This document shows positions 1 through 8,979 of a DNA stretch of 14,826 nt, in pieces; the stretch's first letter is position 1, and each line of letters starts with the position of its first letter. Under the pieces are notes generated by a model that had not been told where the DNA came from, ran no database searches, and saw only the letters and a program-made list of their open reading frames with translations. This stretch comes from Azolla caroliniana (Eukaryota > Plantae > Polypodiophyta), in contig JBHGNT010000834.1 of assembly GCA_043228905.1 (NCBI GenBank), forward strand, positions 1-14,826. The letters run 5' to 3'. The translations under genes were made by a program, and so were the position numbers.

Positions 1-2
1 AC

Positions 3-740
3 GCCGGTGCATCTACCAGTGCATCCCCGGACAACCGAATGCTATACACGGGAATGGATCGGCTCCATGGGCGTGGTGGAAGAGGTGGATCGGCACGCAA
101 TGGAGGCGGCCGGCAAGAGCAGGAACGAAGGCACTATGAGTGTGCCGACAGCAGTTCCGGGACTTCCACAAGCAAGGGGAGTCAAGGCGGTGCCGGAGGC
201 CGGCAAGACAAATCCGCTACGGAATGCTGGTAGTGTGGCAAAAAAGGCCACAGGGAAAGCGAGTGCTGGAGAAAGCGTGCCGATTCGGACAAATCCGGAT
301 CCGGCAAGACCGGTAAGGGTGGCCGGCAAAACTCGCACTACACAAATGGATCATGAGGATTCGGAACCGGAAAGGCCGGTAAGGGGCCAGCCTTGGTGAT
401 GAATCACAAGGCAAACTCAATGAAGAAGACCACTTCCAAAACGGAGGAAGCGTGGTATGTTGATTCCGGCGCGTCGAACCACATGACGAGCCACAAAGAG
501 TGGTTCTCCTTTCTGGAGAAACCGGATCAACCAGGAGTAGTAGAAACCGGAGATGACACTCCTCACCCAATCGTGCACGTCGGAGAAGTCCCTCTAAGCC
601 ACGTCGGACAGAAAGGGAAGCTGATGAACGTATTACACGTTCCAACAATCACGAAGAACCTGGTGTCCGTTGGTCAGATTGTTGACCAGGGGATGCAGGT
701 GCGGTTTACGCACCTCGGGTGCTTCATTGAGGATGAGGGC
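3..740 (+). pseudogene. gag-pol: Gag C-terminus (CCHC zinc knuckle) and aspartic protease of element A
   Basis: One frame reads CW*CGKKGHRESEC (CX2CX4HX4C, 225-266, TAG at 231), a second stop TGA at 354, then WYVDSGASNHMT (DSG at 462-470) and VLHVPTITKNLVSVGQ; frameshift near 741. Confidence 0.92.
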
Positions 741-2185
741 GATCATCATTGCGCAAGGGCACAGAGACGGGAGGATGTTTATCCTCAACACCAATGACTT
801 TGGCACCGCTTTGTTCGCGAATCGACAGAAGGTCGAGTCGGACATTGACCTGTGGCACAAGCGGATAGGCCACGTCAACTACCGGAGGCTTCAAGACCTG
901 CAAACGAAACAAGTTGTTTTCGGTTTGCCGAAGTTTAGCGGCCGGAGAGCCGAAATTTGTGAAGCCTGCCAACTTGGGAAGCAACACCGGCTTCCATTCC
1001 CCACCGAACGGAACCGGAGCCGATACTTCGTCTCCTTCATCGACGACTATACTCGACATACTTGGATCTATCTCATTGAGCGGAAGAGCGAAGTCTTCAA
1101 CTGTTTCCGGAGCCTCCAGAAGATGGTGGAACGGGAATCAGAGAGGAAGATCAAATGCCTTCGGTCAGATGGCGGAAAGGAATATTTTTCCAGCCAATTC
1201 ACTAGTTATCTGCAACAGAAGGGAATTCGGCGAGAGTTTAGCTGGAGATACACACCGGAGCAAAACGGTGTGGCCGAAAGGAAGAACCGGACACTCGTTG
1301 AAGCGGCAAGGGCAATGCTGGAGGAAAAGAGCATGCCCCGGTTCTACTGGGCGGAGGCGGTCCGGACGGCTGTCTACATACAAAACCGCATTGGTGACAA
1401 GGTGTCAGCTCATGAGATGTATTTCGGGCGCAAGCCGAACTTAAGACACCTTCGGATATTCGGCAGCATAGCGTATGTGCATGTGCCGGATCAGAAGTGG
1501 AGAAAGCTGGATGCAAAATCGGAAAAATGCATCCTAGTCGGCTATGCTCAAGAGCAAAAGGGGTATAAGGGCTATAACCCCCGGACAAAGGAAGTCCGAG
1601 TTAGCCGGATGTCGAGTTCAATAAATCGGCATCCTGGTACTCCGTACCGACTCCGACTTCCGATCCTGACCCAATGCCGGAAGATCAGTCCAGTGAGCCT
1701 AAATCAGCCCTGGCAGTTATCTGCAACAGAAGGGAATTCGGCGAGAGTTTAGCTGCAGATACACATCGGAGCAAAACGGTGTGGCCGAAAGGAAGAACCG
1801 GACACTCGTTGAAGCGGCAAGGGCAATGCTGGAGGAAAAGAGCATGCCCCGGTTCTACTGGGCGGAGGCGGTCCGGACGGCTGTCTACATACAAAACCGC
1901 ATTGGTGACAAGGTGTCAGCTCATGAGATGTATTTCGGGCGCAAGCCGAACTTAAGACACCTTCGGATATTCGGCAGCATAGCGTATGTGCATGTGCCAG
2001 ATCAGAAGTGGAGAAAGCTGGATGCAAAATCGGAAAAATGCATCCTAGTCGGCTATGCTCAAGAGCAAAAGGGGTATAAGGGCTATAACCCCCGGACGAA
2101 GGAAGTCTGAGTTAGTCGGGATGTCGAGTTCGATAAATCGGCATCCTGGTACTCCGTACCGACTCCGACTTCCGATCCTGACCCA
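741..2185 (+). pseudogene. pol: Integrase of element A (HHCC domain, core, C-terminal SH3-like part), disrupted
   Basis: LWHKRIGH...CEACQLGKQ, FIDDYTR, LRSDGGKEY, TPEQNGVAERKNR, KCILVGY..KGY motifs. The usual H(S/T)D(V/L)xGP segment is missing at ~1020, the C-terminal half is duplicated, and there is a TGA at 2108. Confidence 0.95.
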
Positions 2186-2226
2186 ATGCCGGAAGATCAG
2201 TCCAGTGAGCGTAAATCAACCCTGGC
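1204..2226 (+). repeat. Direct tandem duplication in the integrase: 1204-1714 (511 bp) and 1715-2226 (512 bp)
   Basis: By-eye alignment gives 9 substitutions and one 1-bp indel; 2-bp AG microhomology at the junction. Confidence 0.97.
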
Positions 2227-4921
2227 AGAGGATGATGAAGCCGGGACTCAAGATGAGAGTCCGGAATCGTTACGGTTGAGTGGACCGAACGAGCAACTGA
2301 GTCGGTTGGACCAGTCGGATGAAGAGACGGCAAGTGGTGGAGACTCTGCCGTGCTCTCCCCGCGCAAGGAACCGAGGAAACGGTTCACGCGCAAAGAGAA
2401 GGGGAAGAGGAAGATGCCGGAATTCGAAACTGGCAACGATGAGTCGGATCGGTGCGTATCCGACTCCGGAAAGGAGAAAGGCGGATCTTCGGCAACGAAG
2501 ACCGAACTGGCCAAGAAGGGCCTCAAATCAGGCGACAGTGCGTTGCGCCGATCAACCCGCCAGAAGGATCCCGTCATGCGGTACGGGTACAATGAATACA
2601 TGGCGCATCATTATGCGTACATGACTAAGGTGACAGAAGTGCGTGAGCCGGAGAGCTATACAGAAGCAGCAAAGGATGCAAATTGGCATGCCGCTATGGA
2701 CGAAGAAATGCGGGCACTCGATGCCAACGAAACTTGGGACCTAGTTGATTCTCCCCGTCACTGTAAACCGATCGGATGCAAGTGGGTGTACAAGGTCAAG
2801 TACAACGCCGACGGTTCTGTTAACCGGTACAAAGCCCGGTTAGTGGCGAAGGGATACGCGCAGACCCACGGAATCGACTACGATGAGACCTTCGCCCCTG
2901 TGGCGAAGATGACGATGGTTCGTGTGGTACTGGCGGTTGCTGCGGCAAGGGGGTGGCATCTTCACCAGATGGATGTGAAGAACGCCTTCCTTCAAGGAGA
3001 GCTTGAGGAAGAAGTCTTTATGACTCAGCTCCCCAGATTTCAATCGGAGATGAACAAGTCGGCGGTATGCCGACTGAAGAAGTCGCTTTACGGCTTGAAG
3101 CAAGCCCCCCGAGCCGGGAACGCGAAGATCACGCACCGGTTGCGTAAGCTGGGGTTTGCTGTCTCTAAGTCGGACTCTTCGTTGTTCATCCGTCAAGGCT
3201 CTGACGGTCCGGTATGTATACTCTTGTATGTGGATGATTTAGTCATCACCGGACCGGGTCTTCCCGAAATCAACCGCGTCAAGTCCCAGTTGTCGGACGC
3301 ATTCGAAATGAAGGACTTGGGGGACCTTCATTATTTTCTTGGGATCGAAGTGATCCGGAACCCCGACGGCATATTGCTCTCACAACGACATTACGTGTTG
3401 AATATGTTGTATAAGTTCGGCATGACGGATTGCCGACCTGTCTCCACACCCCTGGACTGGAACCAGAAGCTCTGTCCCAACTCCGGACCGGCCTGCAATG
3501 AGAAACGGTTCCGACAGATTGTCGGAAGCCTGATCTACTTAACCATCACCCGACCCGACATCAGCTATCTGGTCGACATGGTAAGTCAATTCATGCAGAA
3601 GCCGACCGTGGAGCACCTTCAGTGCGCTCAACGAATATTACGGTATGTCAGTGGCACTAAGGACCGGGGACTGCTATACCGTCGAGGTATACCCGAAGAG
3701 CTTGTCGGATACACAGATGTTGACTGGGCCGGCGATGCGTCTGATCGCCGCTCCACTTCCGGATACATGTTCTCCATAGGTAGCGCGGCCGTTGCGTGGA
3801 GCAGCAAGAAGCAGCCCACAGTGGCTTTGTCAAGCACTCAGGCTGAGTACCGGGCCGCTACCGTTGCCACTTGTGAAGCCATCTGGCTTCGGCGACTGCT
3901 GCGAGACTTGCGGATCGAGGTACCGACCCCGATTCCGATTTACTGTGATAACATGATCAGCCTGCAGCTCGCCAGGAACCCTGTGTTCCATGCTCGCACA
4001 AAGCACATCGAGGTGCACTACCACTTCGTGCGTGAGGGGGTCCTGAGCGGTGAAGTTGACCTACGGTATGTTCATACGGATCGGCAAGTTGCCGACATCT
4101 TCACCAAGCCGCTCGGATCGGACAAGTTGCAGCACTTTACCGACATGCTTGGTATTCAGCATCTCGACGTGCCGCACTTGAGGGGGAGAAGCAAGGGCAA
4201 AGTCTCTACCGAAACGAGCAAAGGCCAAAAAATTGTTGAACCCGTTGGTAAGAGGAGAGCTGGAAGAAGAGGAGACAAGAAGATGAAGAAAGCCGAGTCG
4301 ACGAAGGAAGTCGACACATCCGAACAGGTCGGAGCAAGCGGCTGTGAAGAAGAGTTGTGCACTCAGGAAGAGAAGTGCATGCTGTGCGGAGGTCATCACG
4401 ACGACACTGACCATGATGCGGAGTCGAATGAAGAATTCGATTTTGGTTCATCGGTTGAAGAAGCCGAGGGAAGCATGGAGAAGGCCAAGACTTGGATGTG
4501 GTCCGATGTGGTGAGAGGCCTGAAGCCGGAAGTTGAATCGGAGTGTACCGATTCGGACAAGAGCTGGAACGAGTCGGAGACAACTGACTCGGACCAACAG
4601 ATGGATTCGGATGAGTCGGATCGTCTGAAGGCCAAGGGGACACGGACACAGCGGAAGTCGATGCCATCGTGGGAGAACCGACAGATCGGCAAGCGCCGGA
4701 GTCACAACAACGTGAGTGTTGAGATGGGCCTATTGAGCAGACATGCCGACCGAGAGGGTCGAGGCGCGCAGAACCAAAGGGGTCGCGGAAAACGGGACCG
4801 GACCGGACGAGGAGCGCGAGCAAGGCGGAGTGACGCCAGGAGAAGTTGGTTGGAAGAACCGACTGCCACAGAGGTCGACACTACGACCCCACCTCAGGTT
4901 GAGCTTGAGGGGGAGTGTTGA
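2186..4921 (+). CDS. pol: Open 911-codon pol segment of element A: linker, reverse transcriptase (~2726-3450), RNase H (~3707-4170), C-terminal extension (~4189-4921)
   Basis: [35 protein letters not shown] (YVDD 3227-3238), RRSTSGY, IYCDN, RTKHIEV, ADIFTKPL (from 4091). It is the tail of a broken gag-pol polyprotein, so the Met at 2186 is unlikely to be a true start. Confidence 0.93.
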   Translation: MPEDQSSERKSTLAEDDEAGTQDESPESLRLSGPNEQLSRLDQSDEETASGGDSAVLSPRKEPRKRFTRKEKGKRKMPEFETGNDESDRCVSDSGKEKGGSSATKTELAKKGLKSGDSALRRSTRQKDPVMRYGYNEYMAHHYAYMTKVTEVREPESYTEAAKDANWHAAMDEEMRALDANETWDLVDSPRHCKPIGCKWVYKVKYNADGSVNRYKARLVAKGYAQTHGIDYDETFAPVAKMTMVRVVLAVAAARGWHLHQMDVKNAFLQGELEEEVFMTQLPRFQSEMNKSAVCRLKKSLYGLKQAPRAGNAKITHRLRKLGFAVSKSDSSLFIRQGSDGPVCILLYVDDLVITGPGLPEINRVKSQLSDAFEMKDLGDLHYFLGIEVIRNPDGILLSQRHYVLNMLYKFGMTDCRPVSTPLDWNQKLCPNSGPACNEKRFRQIVGSLIYLTITRPDISYLVDMVSQFMQKPTVEHLQCAQRILRYVSGTKDRGLLYRRGIPEELVGYTDVDWAGDASDRRSTSGYMFSIGSAAVAWSSKKQPTVALSSTQAEYRAATVATCEAIWLRRLLRDLRIEVPTPIPIYCDNMISLQLARNPVFHARTKHIEVHYHFVREGVLSGEVDLRYVHTDRQVADIFTKPLGSDKLQHFTDMLGIQHLDVPHLRGRSKGKVSTETSKGQKIVEPVGKRRAGRRGDKKMKKAESTKEVDTSEQVGASGCEEELCTQEEKCMLCGGHHDDTDHDAESNEEFDFGSSVEEAEGSMEKAKTWMWSDVVRGLKPEVESECTDSDKSWNESETTDSDQQMDSDESDRLKAKGTRTQRKSMPSWENRQIGKRRSHNNVSVEMGLLSRHADREGRGAQNQRGRGKRDRTGRGARARRSDARRSWLEEPTATEVDTTTPPQVELEGEC
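4177..4188 (+). promoter_or_regulatory. Upstream PPT-like tract CTTGAGGGGGAG at the end of RNase H (LRG codons)
   Basis: Identical 12-mer to the LTR-adjacent PPT, at the position where many Copia pol ORFs end; conserved in element D (14093-14104, minus strand). Confidence 0.6.
4904..4915 (+). promoter_or_regulatory. Polypurine tract of element A
   Basis: CTTGAGGGGGAG immediately followed by the LTR start TGTTG. Confidence 0.93.
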
Positions 4922-5243
4922 GCGGCAAGCTCAACCAGAGCCGAATCGGCTGAATAAGCCGGAGCCGGTAAGCGAGAAGGATCGGGTGAAACGGATCGGT
5001 ATGACGGTGAGCAACCGAACCGGCAAGCAGTGGAGGCTGGGTGCAATCCGTAATCGGAAGTCCAATCGGAAGCCTAGTATAAGATAGACTACTAGGTAGC
5101 TATAGTCTCGTAGTAAGTGTCAGATGCTCGTGTGAGCATTGAAGTACATGGTACTTCTGTCAGTCCCAAGAGGACTTGTATAAATAGTGCTACTTAGCAC
5201 AGTGTGTAGATAGAGTCTTGATATAATTTTGAAATTGTGTTCT

Positions 5244-5292
<49 letters not shown>

Positions 5293-5332
5293 TGTTCTCT
5301 GTTTTACGCTTCCGCAAATAGTTACGTTTACA
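4916..5332 (+). repeat. 3' LTR of element A (417 bp)
   Basis: Starts TGTTG after the PPT, TATAAATA at 5179-5186, ends GCTTCCGC...GTTTACA; homologous to the LTR at 12932-13373 (minus), which ends GCTTCCGC...ATTCACA. Confidence 0.9.
5245..5288 (+). repeat. (CT)22 microsatellite in the R/U5 region of LTR A
   Basis: Perfect dinucleotide run; the equivalent region of LTR D has only a short interrupted CT tract. Confidence 0.98.
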
Positions 5333-5334
5333 AG

Positions 5335-7149
5335 GAGAAGTTCGAAGCCGAAGAAGGGCTTATTATGGAGTCGGGCCGGAGACGATCGGAGGATGCTAAG
5401 GAAGAAGCCTCCCTATGCGTGGACGATGGGGCCTAAGTGGAGACCGGGAGAGCGTGCAACTGCGACGATGTGGGAGAGGGTGCGGAGCAAGTGACCCTCT
5501 CGTCTTGCAGAAAAGGGATGGCCATGGATGAGGCCGGTGACTACGAAGCGGGGAGCGCCACTTCGAGAGTGGGCGGAGGATTCGGGACACGATGGCCCGA
5601 AACATCGAGCGGGGAGGAGACGAGAGGTGGTGCTGGGAACTTACCCACACCGATTCTAGAGACTCCAACGTCCGGCCTGAGAGCCGATGTGGGACCTAGA
5701 GTGACGAACGGTGGTGGTGGCAAGGCGGGAAACCAAGAAGAAGACAAGGAGATTGAGGAAGAGGAGGCGACAAGCATAATCGAGGCTTCCACGATCGGAG
5801 ATGGGGTAGGCACGAACAACGACGTCTGGGTGGAGGTGGCTACAGACATAATGAGCGGCGGTGCCGGGATCTAACCCGCACCGGTTCTAGAGACTCCGGC
5901 ATCCGGCCCGAGAGTCGGTATGAGACCTAGAGTGACGGATGGTGGCGGCAACAAGGCGGGTGACCGAAACGAAGAGGAGGATGCGAGGCCCGAAACGGGC
6001 ATATACGAAAGGACCGAAGGGGGGGCCGAGAGCGGCAACAAGGAGAGAGTCGGGAACCAACACGACCGGAAGGCGAGCTGGGAAAAGAATGAAGCGGGGG
6101 CCAGTCAACCGGGCCCGAATCGAAGAAGAGCCGGCAAGACCGGAAGTGTTCGGCCGAACCCTTACCGGCCGGTTACGATTATGGAAGGAAGCCAACCAAA
6201 CCGGAACATGATCGGTCGGGACCGAACCGGGCAAGGACCAAGCCGGCATGATTGGACATCAAGGCATACAAGCCACAACGCGTGGTGCGAGCCGGTGAGC
6301 ACGAGAAGGAGGCTAATCGGGCACGATCACCACGGTTCGGTTGACGACCGGATACAAGCGGGACCCTCCACACCTATTCTAGAGACTTCGGCGGTTGCGG
6401 ATCAACGTAAGACCGGAGAGACGGCGGGTGGCAGCGAGGAGTCAGTTACCGGAGCGGGTATCCGGTGCGGGAAGATGGGTGAGCGGGACCAAGACGGCGA
6501 AACGGAGTCGGAAGGGGTTATGGCAACAAGGGAAGAAGAGACCGACGCAGAGGGGTCTACGGTGGATGAAGGGCATAACACGAAGCATACATTATGGCCG
6601 GCGGAGGGCCAAAGAACGAGCATGCACCTGGAGGAGCGGCAACGAGTGACTGGCAACGTCGGACCGGTCGAGCCTTTGAGAGGCAAGTACGAGACGGAGG
6701 ATGGAGCGGTGAGGTGCTGGGGTCGATGGACGAACGGCGAGAGCGAAGGATGGTGCGCGGAGGACAAAGGGCTACACATCGAGAAGAGAAAATGTGGCGT
6801 CCCGGAGGACATGCGAGTACAAGCAGGCCAAGAGGACGAGAGTCGGGGTGAAGCGGTAACAAGAGTCGCGAAGGACACTGACATGGAGGTCGGGATGACG
6901 GTACTCTCTATGGCGAGAGATCATGGCGAGCAAAGGGGAAGCGAGGAGCGCGTAATGAGGTCGCCGAGGGACCGAAGAACGAGCGTGTGTTCGGGAGACA
7001 ACAATGGCACACGGAAAGAGCCTACGGAACGTGAGCACGGAACAGAGGGAATTGGCACGAGGTGTTCGAGACGAAGAGAGGATCGAGCCGGAGATAGAAC
7101 ACATGCGGTACGCCATGGGCAGAATCCGGCGAGCAAATGGGGTGACTGA
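5335..7149 (+). pseudogene. Degraded ~600-codon Glu/Gly/Arg-rich low-complexity ORF of element B, unknown function
   Basis: ORFs 5437-5874 and 5920-7149 share a frame that extends back to the A junction with only two TAA stops (5434, 5872); a P(T/A)P(I/V)LET motif recurs three times in frame. Confidence 0.5.
5625..5975 (+). repeat. Diverged ~120-bp internal repeat with 231-bp period; short third copy near 6365-6390
   Basis: TTCTAGAGACT at 5654, 5885 and 6377 (spacings 231 and 492, both multiples of 3); GACCTAGAGTGACG and CAAGGCGGG are shared by the first two copies. Confidence 0.85.
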
Positions 7150-8530
7150 GGGCCTAATCGGAGGACCTACGCGGCGGACAAAGAAAGAGTGATTGTATCG
7201 GCAACGACGTTCGGGAGGACCGACCGAGGAGGAAGGCGCGTGTGGTGGATATGGCGGTTCGGATGGAGTCGATGTTTCGGGGACACACGGTGGACGTGGT
7301 GGATCGGTTGGAGCCGATGGCTCGAGGATGTGCGACGGATACGGTGGAACGGGATGCTACGACGGTTCGTGTGGAAATTTCTTAAGCTTTTCTCTTTTCA
7401 CACTCACTCTTCTCTTCTTCTTTTATCTCATTCTCTCATTCTCTTTTACTCTTGGTCACCTCTAATCCTACTCAGCTTAGTTTCACTTACATCATTGCTT
7501 TATTTCTTTTCTTACTCTTCCCATATCATCTCAATAGTTGTGCTAGTTCGCTCGCACTCCTTGTCACGATCCTACGGTCATAGCAATACTTGTACATTTG
7601 TATATAAAAATAAGATAACAAAATATAAAGGGGAAGGGCATTAACCTAAGGTGCTAAAGGTGCTCCACGGAGTTTGTTAAGTGTAAATGTGATGTGCACT
7701 TGGTAGACTAGATAGAGGTACGTGAAGAATAAGTGAAGGGAGTAATGGGCATTGAATAGGATGGCTAGAGGAGTGAGAGTTATGGCCAACGGTCTCAAGA
7801 TCAAGATCAAATATTCTCCTTTGGAAAGGAGAAGGGGGTTTGACCACTCTTGTAATGTGCCTCACCCCTTACTACTATAAAAGGGAGTGAGGGGTCACTT
7901 TGGAAGGGGTTGCCTATTTTGAGGGAGAGAGATATACAACTTAGGTGGAGGGTTTCCCATTTCGGTTTTAGGTTTTGTTTAGGTTTTCTTCTTCATCTTC
8001 TTTACTTGCTTATCCGGTTAGGGTTTTGTTATACCATTTGGTGCGGCCTATGCGGCCTTGGTTGTAATATTTTGTGAACTCTTAATATAGCTTGTTGATC
8101 TTCTTGCCTTGTGGGTGTATCTTGACTCCATCTATTCTATTCTATGTTTATGTCTTATTCTTTCTCATCTCCTCTTGGGCTAAACTTCCATTTCTCCTCT
8201 ACTCCCTAGTCCAAGACCCTTGTGGTCCCGCCTAAGATCCTGACGGGAACCCAACGTTCCTTATGCGCGACGCTCGACCACAACCGAGCGTAGAATGACA
8301 CACAGAAAAACGGGAAACAAAACACGATACAAAGGAGAGGAAGATACACACACACTACACAGGAGGTTTACGTGGAAAACCCCAAACTAGGGGGAAAAAC
8401 CACGGGAGCCCACAGGCTGCAAACTGTCATTATGTATGAATGTACAAAACAGTGAGTTCTCGGAGGCAACGACCTCGGACTCACGCTCTTCGCCACAGGC
8501 GGCGGTTACAACAGAGGCAACGACCTCTTT

Positions 8531-8546
8531 CTCTCTCTCTCTCTCT
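8531..8546 (+). repeat. (CT)8 microsatellite in solo LTR S
   Basis: Read directly from the sequence. Confidence 0.9.
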
Positions 8547-8717
8547 TTGTACACTATTACGTGCTCTCTCTTCTTCTTGCACCAACAAGAAAAAGTAACA
8601 ACAACGACCAACTATTAGTTTGCCCTAAGTCATATTTATACTAATATGACTTTTCGGCTATTTACAAATATAGCCACAATGGGCTCTCAGAAACATATTT
8701 ACGAATAGGTCTCTTCC

Positions 8718-8979
8718 TCCGGTTCATACCGGGTCTACACCATCCGGCTCTCCGTAACCGGGTACTCCTCATCCGGTTCATACCGGGCCTGCACCATCCG
8801 GCTCTCCGTAGCCGAGTACTCCTCATCCGGTTCATGCCGGGTCTGCACCATCCGGCTCTCCGTAACCGGGTACTCCTCATCCGGTTCATACCGGGCCTGC
8901 ACCATCCGGCTCTCCGTAGCCGGGTACTCCTCAACCGGGCCTACACCATCCGGCTCTCCGTAGCCGGGGTCCTCCTCAT
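8718..8979. repeat. 54-bp tandem array (4 full units plus 1 internally deleted unit) in U3 of solo LTR S
   Basis: TACTCCTCA recurs at 8763, 8817, 8871 and 8925; units are rich in CCGG. Confidence 0.97.

Larger units (their letters stand above)
1..5332 (+). mobile_element. Element A: Ty1/Copia LTR retrotransposon, 5' end outside window, defective
   Basis: Domain order gag-ZnK, PR, INT, RT, RNase H is diagnostic of Copia; PPT at 4904-4915 followed by a TG...CA LTR. Confidence 0.97.

Noticed and set aside
7-399. 130-aa + strand ORF and the many antisense or alternate-frame ORFs over pol
   Set aside because: Shadow frames of GC-rich gag-pol; the real motifs lie in other frames.
5120-5494. ORFs with ERERER or SLSLSL runs
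   Set aside because: Translations of the (CT)22 microsatellite.
7189-7644. Trp-rich hydrophobic ORF as an env-like membrane protein
   Set aside because: Non-ATG start; the hydrophobicity comes from a CT-rich tract inside the putative LTR; no supporting motif.
7628-7680. Alternative start of B's LTR after AAGGGGAAGGG (~7640) or at TGTTAA (7675)
   Set aside because: The purine tract is not followed by TG, and 7675 lacks an adjacent PPT. I prefer 7241, but this cannot be settled without a second copy.
8662-8934. Minus-strand ORF with an 18-aa repeat (MRSTRLRRAGWCRPGMNR)
   Set aside because: By-product of a stop-free 54-bp tandem unit in U3; both strands are open.
8718-8979. Repeat array as a CRISPR locus
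   Set aside because: Units are contiguous with no unique spacers, there are no cas genes, and it lies inside a TSD-flanked LTR.
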